From positions 14,789-78,788 of the forward strand of contig JAKAYT010000001.1 of the NCBI GenBank assembly GCA_021826685.1: a stretch of DNA of 64,000 nucleotides, written 5' to 3'. Source of the stretch: Thermoplasmata archaeon. Its GTDB lineage: Archaea; Thermoplasmatota; Thermoplasmata; Lutacidiplasmatales; UBA184. The notes below the pieces were generated by a model, which did not search any database, was not told the DNA's origin, and worked only from the letters and a program-made list of their open reading frames with translations. Of this stretch, positions 35,009 through 44,422 are shown in pieces. Made by a program: the position numbers and the translations under genes. Within the stretch, counting starts at the first letter, position 1; each line of letters begins with the position of its first letter.

Positions 35009-35638
35009 ATGGCGGACCGCAGCGCGCTCGAGGTGGTGAACGAGGCCCTCGGGAAGTCACCCGAGCGTAAGTTCACCGAGTCGGTCGAGGTCTCGGTCAA
35101 CCTCAAGGACCTCGATCTGACGATCCCCAAGAACCGGCTCGAAGACGAGATCCCGCTCCCCAACGGCCGGGGCCGCCCAGTCCGAGTGGCGGTGATTGCC
35201 TCGCCCGAGATGGCGCAGAAGGTGCGGGGGGTGGCAGACGAGGTTATCGCATCCACCGACCTCGATGAAGCGGTAAAAAACGCGAAGAAGCTCGCGGGAC
35301 GCATCGACTTCTTCCTCGCCGAAGCTCCGCTCATGCCGACCATCGGTAAGAGGCTCGGAACGGTCCTGGGTCCGCGAGGGAAGATGCCGCGCCCCATTGC
35401 GCCGGGCAGCGATCCCTCCAACCTCATCCGCGCCCTTCAGCGCTCCATCCGGGTTCGCTCGAAGGGCAACCGTACCTTTCACGCCCCGGTAGGAACGCGC
35501 ACCATGCCCCCGGAGCAGGTGGCTCAGAACGTCGACGCGGTGCTCAACCGCATCGTCGGCAAGCTCGAGCGGGGACGAACGAACATCGAGAGCGTCTACG
35601 TGAAGACGACGATGGGGCCGGCAGTCCGGCTCTGGTAA
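35009..35638 (+). CDS. rpl1: 50S ribosomal protein L1
   Basis: FTESVEVSVNLKDLD...LGPRGKMP...FHAPVG matches the L1 pattern. I chose the ATG at 35009. Confidence 0.95.
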   Translation: MADRSALEVVNEALGKSPERKFTESVEVSVNLKDLDLTIPKNRLEDEIPLPNGRGRPVRVAVIASPEMAQKVRGVADEVIASTDLDEAVKNAKKLAGRIDFFLAEAPLMPTIGKRLGTVLGPRGKMPRPIAPGSDPSNLIRALQRSIRVRSKGNRTFHAPVGTRTMPPEQVAQNVDAVLNRIVGKLERGRTNIESVYVKTTMGPAVRLW

Positions 35639-35651
35639 CGAGGTTCTTTCC

Positions 35652-36512
35652 ATGCCCGGTCGCGAGTCGGTTCGGCCCGAGAAGATCCAACGCGTAGACC
35701 GTGTTCGGTCGACGCTTGTCCAGCGACCCATCACGGCGTTGGTCGGAGTCCGCGGAGTCCCCGCTTCGGCCCTCCAGAAGATGCGGCGGGAACTGCGCGA
35801 TCGGGGCCATCCGATCGTGGTGGCACCGAACAGTACGATCCGCCATGCCATCGAGACTGCGACCCAAGAACGCCCCGCGCTCGCCCCGCTTCTCGAGCAA
35901 GTGACGGACCAGACCGCGGTCCTCTCTGCGGAGGGAAACCCGTTCAGCCTGTATCAGGAACTCGCGCGCACTCGCTCACCCACCCCGGCGCGTGGGGGCG
36001 AAATCGCGCCGAAGGACATCGAAGTACCGGCCGGGACGACCAGCTTCAAGCCCGGCCCTATCGTCGGAGAGCTCCAGCATGCCGGCTTCCCTGCCGCGAT
36101 CGAGAAGGGGAAGGTCGTGCTCAAGAAGGACACGATTATCGTCAAGGCCGGCCAACCGATCTCCCGTGAGGTCGCGGGTCTCCTGACCCGGATGGATATC
36201 TTCCCCCTCGAGGTCGGTCTCGATCTTCGCGCGCTCGTTGACGGCACCACGTTCTACGCTCCCGAGGTTCTGAGCGTCGATCTCGATGCCCGACGGAACG
36301 ACGTGTTTCGTGCCTATCGTGGCGCTATTGGGCTCGCGCTCGCCATCGCCTATCCCACCAAGCTCACGGCGCCTCTTCTCATCGGCAAGGCGCATCGACA
36401 GGCGCTCGCCGTCGCGGTGGCCGCCGGCTACCCGACGAAGGAGACGCTCCCGCATCTTCTCGCCCGCGCGGTCCGCGAGGCACACGCGGTCGAAGGTCTC
36501 AAGGGCAAGTAG
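35652..36512 (+). CDS. rpl10: 50S ribosomal protein L10 (acidic protein P0 homologue)
   Basis: The 286-aa ORF lies between L1 and L12, the conserved archaeal order, and has a P0-like N-terminus. Confidence 0.9.
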   Translation: MPGRESVRPEKIQRVDRVRSTLVQRPITALVGVRGVPASALQKMRRELRDRGHPIVVAPNSTIRHAIETATQERPALAPLLEQVTDQTAVLSAEGNPFSLYQELARTRSPTPARGGEIAPKDIEVPAGTTSFKPGPIVGELQHAGFPAAIEKGKVVLKKDTIIVKAGQPISREVAGLLTRMDIFPLEVGLDLRALVDGTTFYAPEVLSVDLDARRNDVFRAYRGAIGLALAIAYPTKLTAPLLIGKAHRQALAVAVAAGYPTKETLPHLLARAVREAHAVEGLKGK

Positions 36513-36551
36513 GGGTCCCCCCGAAAACACAACCGTAAGGAGTGAACAACG

Positions 36552-36869
36552 ATGGAGTACGTGTATGGTGCGCTGCTACTCAACGCAGCCGGCAAGCCGA
36601 TCGACGAGAAGGGGCTGACGAGCGTCCTGAGCGCGGCCGGGGTCACTCCCGACGCGGCCCAGGTCAAGGCGATGATCGCATCGCTGGACGGTGTCAACCT
36701 CGCGGATGTTCTTGCGAAGTCCGAGATGGTCGCGGCCGCACCTGCGGCAGCCCCGGCCCCCGCGGCCGAGAAGGGCGCCAAGGGCGAGAAGAAGGAAGAG
36801 GAAAAGAAGGAAGAGAAGGGCGTCTCCGAGGAAGAGGCGGCCGAGGGACTTTCGGCTCTCTTCGGCTGA
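36552..36869 (+). CDS. rpl12: 50S ribosomal protein L12 (P1 stalk protein)
   Basis: The N-terminus is [15 protein letters not shown]. It is followed by an Ala/Pro hinge and an acidic tail ending [13 protein letters not shown]. Confidence 0.95.
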   Translation: MEYVYGALLLNAAGKPIDEKGLTSVLSAAGVTPDAAQVKAMIASLDGVNLADVLAKSEMVAAAPAAAPAPAAEKGAKGEKKEEEKKEEKGVSEEEAAEGLSALFG

Positions 36870-36895
36870 AGAGAACCCGTTTTCCCGGGGATCCC

Positions 36896-36933
36896 GACCC
36901 TCCCACGGATCCGGTGGGAGGGTCCCATTTTTT
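36896..36933 (+). terminator. Intrinsic-terminator-like hairpin plus T6 after the L1-P0-P1 operon
   Basis: The 11-bp perfect stem GACCCTCCCAC/GTGGGAGGGTC has a 7-nt loop. It is followed by CCA and TTTTTT (36928-36933). Confidence 0.55.
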
Positions 36934-37021
36934 CGCGCGCTAACGCCGGGGATAGCGCTTCGCTTAAGTCCCGCGGCCGGGTGGGCCGGTCGAGGGCGAG
37001 CGGGCGTCCTTCGTTCCGAGA

Positions 37022-38428
37022 ATGCCGGCACGAGAGTTCTGCGGCGTCGTCGGGGTGTCGTTGCAGGGTAAGCCGGCCGGTCCGTTCCTGTTCCGGGGCC
37101 TTCGCGCCCTCCAGCACCGCGGTCAAGAGTCCGCCGGAATGGCGACGACCTCGCATGGCAGCCTCCATCATCGGAAGGGGATGGGCCTCGTCCATGAGAT
37201 CTTCCATTCGGAGCTCCTGGACGAGCTACCCGGCGCCGCCGGGATCGGCCACGTGCGTTACTCGACCACGGGCTCGAGCGATCTCGAGAACGCCCAGCCC
37301 ATCGTGTTCAAGCTCCGCCAGGAGGATGCCGCGATCGGGCACAACGGCGACATCGTGAACTTCGAGCGGGTGAAGCACCGGCTGCAGGCGCAGGGCGTCG
37401 AGCTCCTGGGCAACGCCGACACCGAGACGATGGGACAGTTGATCGCGCTCGAGTACACGCGCACGCGCGATCTCGAGTCCGCCATCCGCCGCTCCTGTCA
37501 GGAGATCGTGGGGGGGTACTCGGTGGTCCTCCTAACGGGTTCGCGCGTCGTCGGCTTCCGCGATCCTCTCGGAATCCGGCCGCTCGTCTTGGGACAGCTC
37601 GACGGCGGCATGGCGGTCGCGAGCGAGTCGGTGGCCCTCGACCTCATGGGAGGGCGGACAGTGCGCGACCTCAAACCGGGAGAGATCGTCATCCTCAATC
37701 ACGGGGAGCTCGCCAGCTCGACCCAGATCCCCGGCGCCGAGGGCCGTGCGCATTGCATGTTCGAGTGGGTCTACTTCTCTCGGCCCGATTCCGTCGCCGA
37801 GGGGAAGTCTGTCTACGACGTACGGCACCGCATCGGCGAAGCGCTCGCCCGCGAGGCGCCCGTCGAGGCCGACATCGTCGTGCCGGTCCCCGATTCCGCG
37901 CGTCCTCAGGCGCTGGGCTTCTCCGAGGCTTCGCGCATCCCCTACGCGGAGGCCCTGATCAAGAACCGATTCGTCGAGCGGACCTTCATTCTGCCCGATC
38001 AGCACCGTCGCGAACTCGAGGTGCGAGTGAAGCTGCACCCCGTTCCGGGCCTCCTGCAGGGAAAGCGCGTCGCCCTTCTCGACGACTCCATCGTTCGGGG
38101 AACGACCCTGCGCGAGATCGTTCAGATGGTGCGGGGCGCCGGCGCGATACGGGTCGATGTACGTATCGGATGCCCTCCGATCCGCGCGCCGTGTTACTTT
38201 GGGATCGACATGAAGGACCGCAAGCAGTTGGCTGCGGCGGGTCGGACGACCGAAGAGGTCGCGCAGCTCATCGGCGCCGACAGCGTTCACTATCTCTCCA
38301 TCGACGGTCTCGTCCGCTCGATCGGCCTCCGTTCCGAGGATTTGTGCCTGGGCTGCATCACGGGGAGCTACCCGGTCGAGGTCCCCGAGGAGCGCCACCG
38401 CTTCCAGCGCTCTCTCGAGGAGTTCTGA
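37022..38428 (+). CDS. purF: Amidophosphoribosyltransferase
   Basis: A short propeptide precedes the catalytic CGVVGV. The PRPP motif VALLDDSIVRGTT is present. The protein is 468 aa. Confidence 0.95.
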   Translation: MPAREFCGVVGVSLQGKPAGPFLFRGLRALQHRGQESAGMATTSHGSLHHRKGMGLVHEIFHSELLDELPGAAGIGHVRYSTTGSSDLENAQPIVFKLRQEDAAIGHNGDIVNFERVKHRLQAQGVELLGNADTETMGQLIALEYTRTRDLESAIRRSCQEIVGGYSVVLLTGSRVVGFRDPLGIRPLVLGQLDGGMAVASESVALDLMGGRTVRDLKPGEIVILNHGELASSTQIPGAEGRAHCMFEWVYFSRPDSVAEGKSVYDVRHRIGEALAREAPVEADIVVPVPDSARPQALGFSEASRIPYAEALIKNRFVERTFILPDQHRRELEVRVKLHPVPGLLQGKRVALLDDSIVRGTTLREIVQMVRGAGAIRVDVRIGCPPIRAPCYFGIDMKDRKQLAAAGRTTEEVAQLIGADSVHYLSIDGLVRSIGLRSEDLCLGCITGSYPVEVPEERHRFQRSLEEF

Positions 38429-38432
38429 GGCG

Positions 38433-39350
38433 GTGGCCCCCGCGGTCCTGATCGGCCGGGGCTGCCGGGTGTACCTGGTCCGCGATCCTCCCTACCCGGT
38501 CGTCGGTCTTCCGCTCCGTGGCTCGGATGCGGAGGTCGCGCGTCAGCTTCGCGGCGCCGACGAGCTCTGGGTCGATCCTCCCGGAGACCCGGGCGTCCTC
38601 GGGGACCGTTCGCAGACGATCGCCGCCGAAACCCCGCCGCTGCTGCGTCTCGCGTCGCGCTGGGGCTGTCCCGGCCGGATCGCCACCATCGCGGAGGTGC
38701 GCGACTCGTTGCCTCGTCTTCCCCCGGCTCCCCCCACGGAGTGCCGAGAGATCGCGCTGGCCTCGGCCCGACAAGCGCTCGCCGAGGCGATGCGGGACCC
38801 GACCGAAGTTCTCCTCGCGCTCGCTCGGGAAGAAGAACGGCTCGAGCGGCTGCTCGGGCGGGAGCGCAACGCCGTGGCGGAGGTCACCGGATCGGATGCA
38901 CCCCATCTCGAAGCGTACGGGCGGGCGGCCGAGCGCTTCGGAGCGCAGTTCGAACGGCACCACGGCGACCTGGAGGCTCGCCTCGAATCCGCGACGCGAG
39001 AGCTCGCACCCATTCTGAGCGAGCTCACCGGCCCGAAGGCGGCCGCGCGCCTGATCGCGCGGGCCGGGGGCCTCGCGGGACTGGCGCGCATGCCCGCGTC
39101 TCGGCTTCAGCTGCTCGGGGCGCGCCGCCGGCCGAGCCATGACCGGGGGCCCCGGTACGGCGTCCTCTACCGGGCCTACCGAATGGAGGACCTGCCCCTC
39201 GCCCGCCGCGGAGCGTATGCCCGGAGCCTCGCCGCGCTGGCAGTGATCGCCGCCCGCCTCGATGCCGCGCATGCTCCACTGGACCGGGCGGTACCCCTCA
39301 TCGCACGACGCGATCGCCGGCTGGGCGCCCTGCAACGGAGCCGGCGATGA
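38433..39350 (+). CDS. nop5: Nop5 (Nop56/58) C/D box sRNP core protein, short form
   Basis: The Nop domain reads GPKAAARLIARAGGLAGLARMPASRLQLLGA...ARSLAALAVIAARLD. Its stop overlaps the fibrillarin start (ATGA). Confidence 0.8.
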   Translation: MAPAVLIGRGCRVYLVRDPPYPVVGLPLRGSDAEVARQLRGADELWVDPPGDPGVLGDRSQTIAAETPPLLRLASRWGCPGRIATIAEVRDSLPRLPPAPPTECREIALASARQALAEAMRDPTEVLLALAREEERLERLLGRERNAVAEVTGSDAPHLEAYGRAAERFGAQFERHHGDLEARLESATRELAPILSELTGPKAAARLIARAGGLAGLARMPASRLQLLGARRRPSHDRGPRYGVLYRAYRMEDLPLARRGAYARSLAALAVIAARLDAAHAPLDRAVPLIARRDRRLGALQRSRR

Positions 39351-40204
39351 GACCCCCCCGACACCCTATGGAGGCACCGTTACCGGCCCGCCTCGTTCGG
39401 GAACGACGGGAGGATCGCGAGATATGGTGGACCCAGACCGTTGGGGCACCCCCCCCGGTATACGGCGAGCGATGGATCGAGCGCGGTCCGGGCGTCCTGC
39501 GGTCCTGGGACCCGAGCCGAAGCAAGATCGCGGCCGCCCTCGAGGTAGGGTGGGCGGGGGACCTGCCGGACGAACGGGAGCGATGGCTCTACCTGGGGGC
39601 GGCGACGGGAACCACGGCCTCGCACGTGGCGGACCTCGTGGGCCGCGAGGGGGCCGTCTTCGCCATCGAGCGGAGCCCCCGTGCGTTCCGCCGCCTGCTC
39701 GGATGGGTCGATCGATGGCCCAATGTTCTCCCGATCCTCGCTGACGCGCGCGCTCCGCTCTCCTACGCCCAACGCGTCCCCTGGGTCGACGGCGTCTACA
39801 CGGACGTCGCCCAGCCCGACCAAGTCGAGATCGCTCTCGAAAACGCACGTCGACGCCTGCGCGAGGGGGGCTCGTTCCTGCTCGCGCTGAAGACGGCGAG
39901 CATGGGCCGCGACGCGCCGGCCCCCGTGCACCTCGAACGGGCCCTGGCGAGCCTCGAGCCGTACTTCGATCTCGCCGAGCCGGTCCGGTTGAACCCTTGG
40001 CACCGGGGCCACTATATGATCGGAGGACGCGCCCGCGTCGGCCGGTGGGACTCCGCACCCGATCTCACGCCGTCGCCCGCGCGCCCCGTGCGATCACGAT
40101 GGTCACCACATCCTCGTCGCGCAACCGGTGGTCCCGGCCGACGGTCTGACCGGGGAAGCGGGCGCTCGGCCCCCAGACCTGAGCGGCGCGGAACGAAGTC
40201 CTGA
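39347..40204 (+). CDS. flpA: Fibrillarin-like rRNA/tRNA 2'-O-methyltransferase with an R/S/G/P-rich C-terminal tail of about 57 aa
   Basis: The SAM motif is WLYLGAATGTTASHVADLV. The conserved domain ends near 40031, but the ORF stays open to 40204 and overlaps the convergent GTPase gene. Confidence 0.9.
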   Translation: MRPPRHPMEAPLPARLVRERREDREIWWTQTVGAPPPVYGERWIERGPGVLRSWDPSRSKIAAALEVGWAGDLPDERERWLYLGAATGTTASHVADLVGREGAVFAIERSPRAFRRLLGWVDRWPNVLPILADARAPLSYAQRVPWVDGVYTDVAQPDQVEIALENARRRLREGGSFLLALKTASMGRDAPAPVHLERALASLEPYFDLAEPVRLNPWHRGHYMIGGRARVGRWDSAPDLTPSPARPVRSRWSPHPRRATGGPGRRSDRGSGRSAPRPERRGTKS

Positions 40205-41183
40205 GATCGACCGGCAATCGATCGAGCAGGCTCGATACGGTCGAGCCCTCGCGAAGGATCACCGGTTCGTCGCGATCCGGGGGCCGTCCGGGCGGCTTCA
40301 CGTACACGCGGAGGAACTTCAGCGCGGTCCCGATCGCTTCGACGAGGTCCTCGAGCCCTTCTCGGTTGCGCGCGGACACGAAGACCGGCTGATACGGTCG
40401 GAGATCGGCGCGCAGATGCTCGCGCTCGACCGGGGAAAGTAGCTCGCTCTTGTTCACGACGAGGATCGCGGGGATGTACACGCGATTGCCGGCGAGCGCA
40501 TCGATGAGTTGGTCGGCGGTAGCATCCTCCCGAAAGACGATCGCGCCGTTGTGGAGCCCGAACTCGCGCGCGATGTCGACCGCGAGCCCGCCGGCCAGGT
40601 GGGTGAGCTTGACCGTGCTCGCAATCGTGAGCCCTCCGCGTTCGGCCCGGGTGATCACGATCTTCGGAGGACGTCCGTTCAAGCGAACGCCGCTCGACTC
40701 GAGCTCCTGGACGAGCGCCCGCAGGTTCGTGTGCTCCGGGTCCACGAGGAAGACCACCAGGTCGACCGAGCGGACGACCGACAGGACCTCGCGGCCCCGT
40801 CCGCGGCCTTTCGCGGCCCCCGGGACGAGACCGGGCATATCCAACACCTGGATCGAGGCCCCGTGCCAGCGTAGCATACCCGGAATAATCGATACCGTCG
40901 TGAAGTCATAGGCCCCGCTGGCGCTGTCGGCCGCCGTGATCTGGTTCAGCAACGTCGACTTCCCCACCGAGGGGTATCCGACGAGACCTACGGTCGCATG
41001 CCCGCTCTTGCGGACCGCGTAGCCGACGGCGCTGCCTTTCCCCTTGGCCCGCGCTTCCCGCTCCAGTCGCAAGACGGCGATCTTGGCACGGAGACGGCCG
41101 ATGTGCCGCTGGGTCGCCTTGTTGTACTGAGTGGTTCGGATCTCGTCCTCCAACGCGACGATCTCGTCCTCGATCGACGACAT
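40065..41183 (-). CDS. DRG-family GTPase with C-terminal TGS domain
   Basis: From MSSIEDEI it has the P-loop GLVGYPSVGKSTLL, then DMPGLV and NKSEL. Confidence 0.85.
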   Translation of the reverse strand: MSSIEDEIVALEDEIRTTQYNKATQRHIGRLRAKIAVLRLEREARAKGKGSAVGYAVRKSGHATVGLVGYPSVGKSTLLNQITAADSASGAYDFTTVSIIPGMLRWHGASIQVLDMPGLVPGAAKGRGRGREVLSVVRSVDLVVFLVDPEHTNLRALVQELESSGVRLNGRPPKIVITRAERGGLTIASTVKLTHLAGGLAVDIAREFGLHNGAIVFREDATADQLIDALAGNRVYIPAILVVNKSELLSPVEREHLRADLRPYQPVFVSARNREGLEDLVEAIGTALKFLRVYVKPPGRPPDRDEPVILREGSTVSSLLDRLPVDLRTSFRAAQVWGPSARFPGQTVGRDHRLRDEDVVTIVIARGARATA

Positions 41184-41344
41184 GCGCGTGTCCGCGAGGA
41201 GCTCCGAGGGATTGGGACACCCCCCGATACTTGACGGTGCCGCCCCGGGACGGCGGGTAGGAGAGGACGGCCGGAGGGTGCTATCGAGAGGCGGCAAAGT
41301 TACCGAACTCTTATCTATCGAGGTCCCGTCTCAACGGTGCCCCC

Positions 41345-42139
41345 ATGGAAGATGTGGTGATCCGAGCCATCGACCCGTTGCCGGCGCTGCGCAACCCGAT
41401 CCTAGTTGAGGGCCTTCCGGGCGTGGGCAACGTGGGCAAGCTGGCCGCGGACTACCTCAAGGACCAACTCGGTGCGAAGCCGCTCGCGACAATCTATTCG
41501 CGCTTCTTCCCGCCCCAGGTCTACGTCAGCGAGGAGGGAATCATCCGGATGGTCTCGAACGACCTTCACTTCTACCAACCGACCGGCGCTAAGGCGCGCG
41601 ACGTCCTCATCCTCGGCGGAGACTACCAGGGGATCAGCCCCGAGGGACAGTACGAGATCACCCACCGCGTGCTCGAGTTCTGCCAGTCGCTCGGCGTCCG
41701 CGAGATCGTCACGCTCGCGGGCTTCGCCCAAGGTCATGTCGTTGAGGAACCCCGGGTGCTGGGAGCCGCCACCTCACAGGATCGGGTCGAATCGATGAAG
41801 AAGTTCGGCGTGGTCTTCTCGCGCAACGACCCCGGTGGAGGACTCATCGGCGCGAGCGGCCTCTTCCTCGGAATCGGCCGTCTGTTCGGGATGGAGGGCG
41901 TGTGCCTGATGGGAGAGACGTCGGGCTACTTCGTCGATCCCCGGAGCGCCCAAGCGGTCCTCAAGGTCCTGGTTCAGGTGCTGAACGTCAAGGTCGACTT
42001 TACCGACCTCGAGAGCAAGGCCCAAGAGATCGACCGGATCGCTCAGCGGATCCACGACGTCGAGCAGCACGCGGCGGGCGAGCCCGCCGGCGCCAGCGGG
42101 AGCGGCGGAGCCCGCGATGACCTCGGCTACATCGGCTGA
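41345..42139 (+). CDS. PAC2-family protein (proteasome assembly chaperone-like, PbaA/PbaB type)
   Basis: PILVEGLPGVGNVGKLAADYL matches the PAC2 pattern. The protein is 264 aa. Confidence 0.7.
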   Translation: MEDVVIRAIDPLPALRNPILVEGLPGVGNVGKLAADYLKDQLGAKPLATIYSRFFPPQVYVSEEGIIRMVSNDLHFYQPTGAKARDVLILGGDYQGISPEGQYEITHRVLEFCQSLGVREIVTLAGFAQGHVVEEPRVLGAATSQDRVESMKKFGVVFSRNDPGGGLIGASGLFLGIGRLFGMEGVCLMGETSGYFVDPRSAQAVLKVLVQVLNVKVDFTDLESKAQEIDRIAQRIHDVEQHAAGEPAGASGSGGARDDLGYIG

Positions 42140-43232
42140 GTCGACCGGTCCGTCGCCGATGTCGGGGCCGACCGAACTCGGCGCATCCCCCGCGGGGGGG
42201 TTCGTGCCGTTCGATCTGTACATGGACGAGGCGTTGTATTCCCGGGAAGCAGGGTTCTACCAGCAGGAGTCCGAGGTCGTCGGACCTCGGGGAGCCTACT
42301 ACACGGCCCCTCACGCATCCCCGCTATACGTCGCGACCTTCGCACGACGGATCTCCGCGGCGCTTCGGAGCCTAGTCGGTCCGCCGGCTCCACGGATCGT
42401 GGAAGTCGGCCCCGGGGACGGCCGGCTCGCCGCCGGGATCCTCTCCGCGCTGGCGCAGGAGAACGAAGCTCCGCCCGGACTCGGCTACACCCTCGTAGAC
42501 CGCGCAGCCCCTCGCCTTGAACAATCGTTCCGAGCAGCCGAGCGCGCGGCCGAATCGACGTCGATCCGAGTCCGCCGGGCCATGCGTTTGGGCGAAGAGG
42601 GGCCGTTTCGGGGTGTCGTGATCTTCCACGAACTGCTGGACGCCCAGCCCGTTCGTCGTTTCGAGGTCGATCAAGGAGAGTGGCGCGAGCTCGGGGTCTC
42701 GAGCGACCGGGGCCGGGGAGCGCCTCAGAGTCGACCCGCCCGATGCCTGCCTCCCGCGATGCCGGAGGCGGCAGCTCTTGAGGATGGGACGATCGTGGAG
42801 GTCGCACCCGCCGCGGAGACGTTGTTGCGCGACGTGGGCGACCTCCTCGTGGAGGGGTTGGCGATCGTCGTCGACTACGGGATGGAAGAGGACGAGCTGG
42901 TGCACGGTCACCCGCGAGGGACCCTCGAAGGCCTCCGGGGCCATCGGGTCGTCTCCGACCCGCTCCTAGCGGACGAACCTAGGGACCTCAGCGTCTTCGT
43001 GAACTGGACTCGCCTGCGCCGAGCCGGCGAACGGGCCGGGCTCCGTCTGATCGCGGACGAACCCCTCTCGCGCGCCCTCCTAGCTTGGGGAATCGAACCC
43101 CTCGCACGCGCCGCGCAAGCCCAACCCCGGGGAGCCGAGGAGGGAGTCCGTCTCCAGCTGGGGCTGAAGAACTTGTTGTTCGGGTTCGAGCGATTCCGCG
43201 CCTTGGAGTTCGTGACGGGGACCGGACGCTAG
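42117..43232 (+). CDS. MidA/NDUFAF7-like class I SAM-dependent methyltransferase (DUF185)
   Basis: FVPFDLYMDEALY...GFY...YTAPHASPLY...IVEVGPGDGRLA matches the family pattern. The start may be Met15 (42159). Confidence 0.7.
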   Translation: MTSATSAESTGPSPMSGPTELGASPAGGFVPFDLYMDEALYSREAGFYQQESEVVGPRGAYYTAPHASPLYVATFARRISAALRSLVGPPAPRIVEVGPGDGRLAAGILSALAQENEAPPGLGYTLVDRAAPRLEQSFRAAERAAESTSIRVRRAMRLGEEGPFRGVVIFHELLDAQPVRRFEVDQGEWRELGVSSDRGRGAPQSRPARCLPPAMPEAAALEDGTIVEVAPAAETLLRDVGDLLVEGLAIVVDYGMEEDELVHGHPRGTLEGLRGHRVVSDPLLADEPRDLSVFVNWTRLRRAGERAGLRLIADEPLSRALLAWGIEPLARAAQAQPRGAEEGVRLQLGLKNLLFGFERFRALEFVTGTGR

Positions 43233-43233
43233 G

Positions 43234-43899
43234 CTAGGTCGCGGGGCTCGGCCCCGAGGGGCGGAGGCGCTCGGCGAGCTTGCTCGCGACCAGCAGCTGG
43301 GCCGTTTCGGCGGGGACTTGGAGTATGTCCTCTCGCCGGAGGTCCACCGTGTCCGGGCCGATCTGGAGGGGACGCGAGTCCTTGAGGATCCGAACGTACT
43401 CGAGGCGCGCGGGCGGATGCGATTCGGTAGCGGTCCTCGGAACGCTCTCGGGCCGGAGCGCCGCCGGGGAAGGGGGCGGCACGGCCGTGGCCAGAGGAAC
43501 GGTGGGGGACGGGGCTCCGGGTTCGAGGTAGGGAGCGGACGTTCGACGATATTCGGTGAGGCTCTGGACCAGGCGATCGAACAACGCACGTTCCTCAGGA
43601 AGCGCGTTCGCGATCTCCCGTGTCCCGCCGACGCTCGCCTGGAATGCCGCGGAGAGAAGCTTCGAGATCCGCGCCTCTACGATATCACGTGCGAGCTGGC
43701 TCGCCCGCTGGTATGTTTGCCGGGAGATCTCGCCCTTGCGGCTCGACGGGTTCTCCCGAAGGTCGGTCTCGTAGGAGCGGCGGGTCTCCTCGAGGTAAGT
43801 GGTGGCCGAGGTGTAGAAATCCTTCGGAAGCTTCGCGAGCCCCCGCACGGCACCTTCGTTCCGCCGTTGGTCGAGGAGCTGCGTGTAGGGGTCCGGCAT
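43234..43899 (-). CDS. GINS subunit (Gins51/Sld5-Psf1-like)
   Basis: From MPDPYTQ it reads LPKDFYTSATTYLEE...ARDIVEARISKL (A domain). The C-terminal B domain reads YVRILKDSRPLQIGPD...ILQVPAETAQLLV. Confidence 0.65.
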   Translation of the reverse strand: MPDPYTQLLDQRRNEGAVRGLAKLPKDFYTSATTYLEETRRSYETDLRENPSSRKGEISRQTYQRASQLARDIVEARISKLLSAAFQASVGGTREIANALPEERALFDRLVQSLTEYRRTSAPYLEPGAPSPTVPLATAVPPPSPAALRPESVPRTATESHPPARLEYVRILKDSRPLQIGPDTVDLRREDILQVPAETAQLLVASKLAERLRPSGPSPAT

Positions 43900-43936
43900 A
43901 GAGCCCCCGGTCGACGGGAGGGGGAGGCTATAGACG

Positions 43937-44410
43937 TTGCGAGGGTCGCGCGGGAGCCGGGCGATGCCGAGTCGTGAGCCGGTCGGGGAAGTTCTCGAGG
44001 AGTTTCTGCGGCTTTGGCGCCGCCTGCGGGACGCCGGGCAGGAACCTGGGACCGCGGTCGTTGTCGAGGGGGTACGCGATCGCCGATCGCTCTCTCGTCT
44101 CGGGCTGGGGGGGCCCATCGTCCTGGTACATCGGGGAGAGTCACTCTCTCAGGTCACGCACGCGCTCTCTTCGCGGTATTCGCGTGCGATCCTCCTGACC
44201 GACTGGGACCACACGGGGGGTCAGCTCGCCCGGCGCTTGGCCGAGTTCCTCGAGGCCGATGGTATCGACGTCGACATCGACTTTCGGCGCCGCCTCGGCC
44301 GGGCGTTGCGGGGGGAACTCGTCCATGTGGAGGGCCTCGATACATGGGCACGACACCTGGCAGAGCGTGCCGGTACCACCTGGTCCGAGTGCGCCGACCG
44401 GGAGAAGTAG
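43937..44410 (+). CDS. Small Toprim-domain protein (RNase M5/primase-like, UPF0292-type)
   Basis: VVVEGVRDRRSLSRLG and AILLTDWDHTGGQLARRL carry the Toprim E and DxD elements. Confidence 0.6.
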   Translation: MRGSRGSRAMPSREPVGEVLEEFLRLWRRLRDAGQEPGTAVVVEGVRDRRSLSRLGLGGPIVLVHRGESLSQVTHALSSRYSRAILLTDWDHTGGQLARRLAEFLEADGIDVDIDFRRRLGRALRGELVHVEGLDTWARHLAERAGTTWSECADREK

Positions 44411-44422
44411 CCTTCCCCGCGC

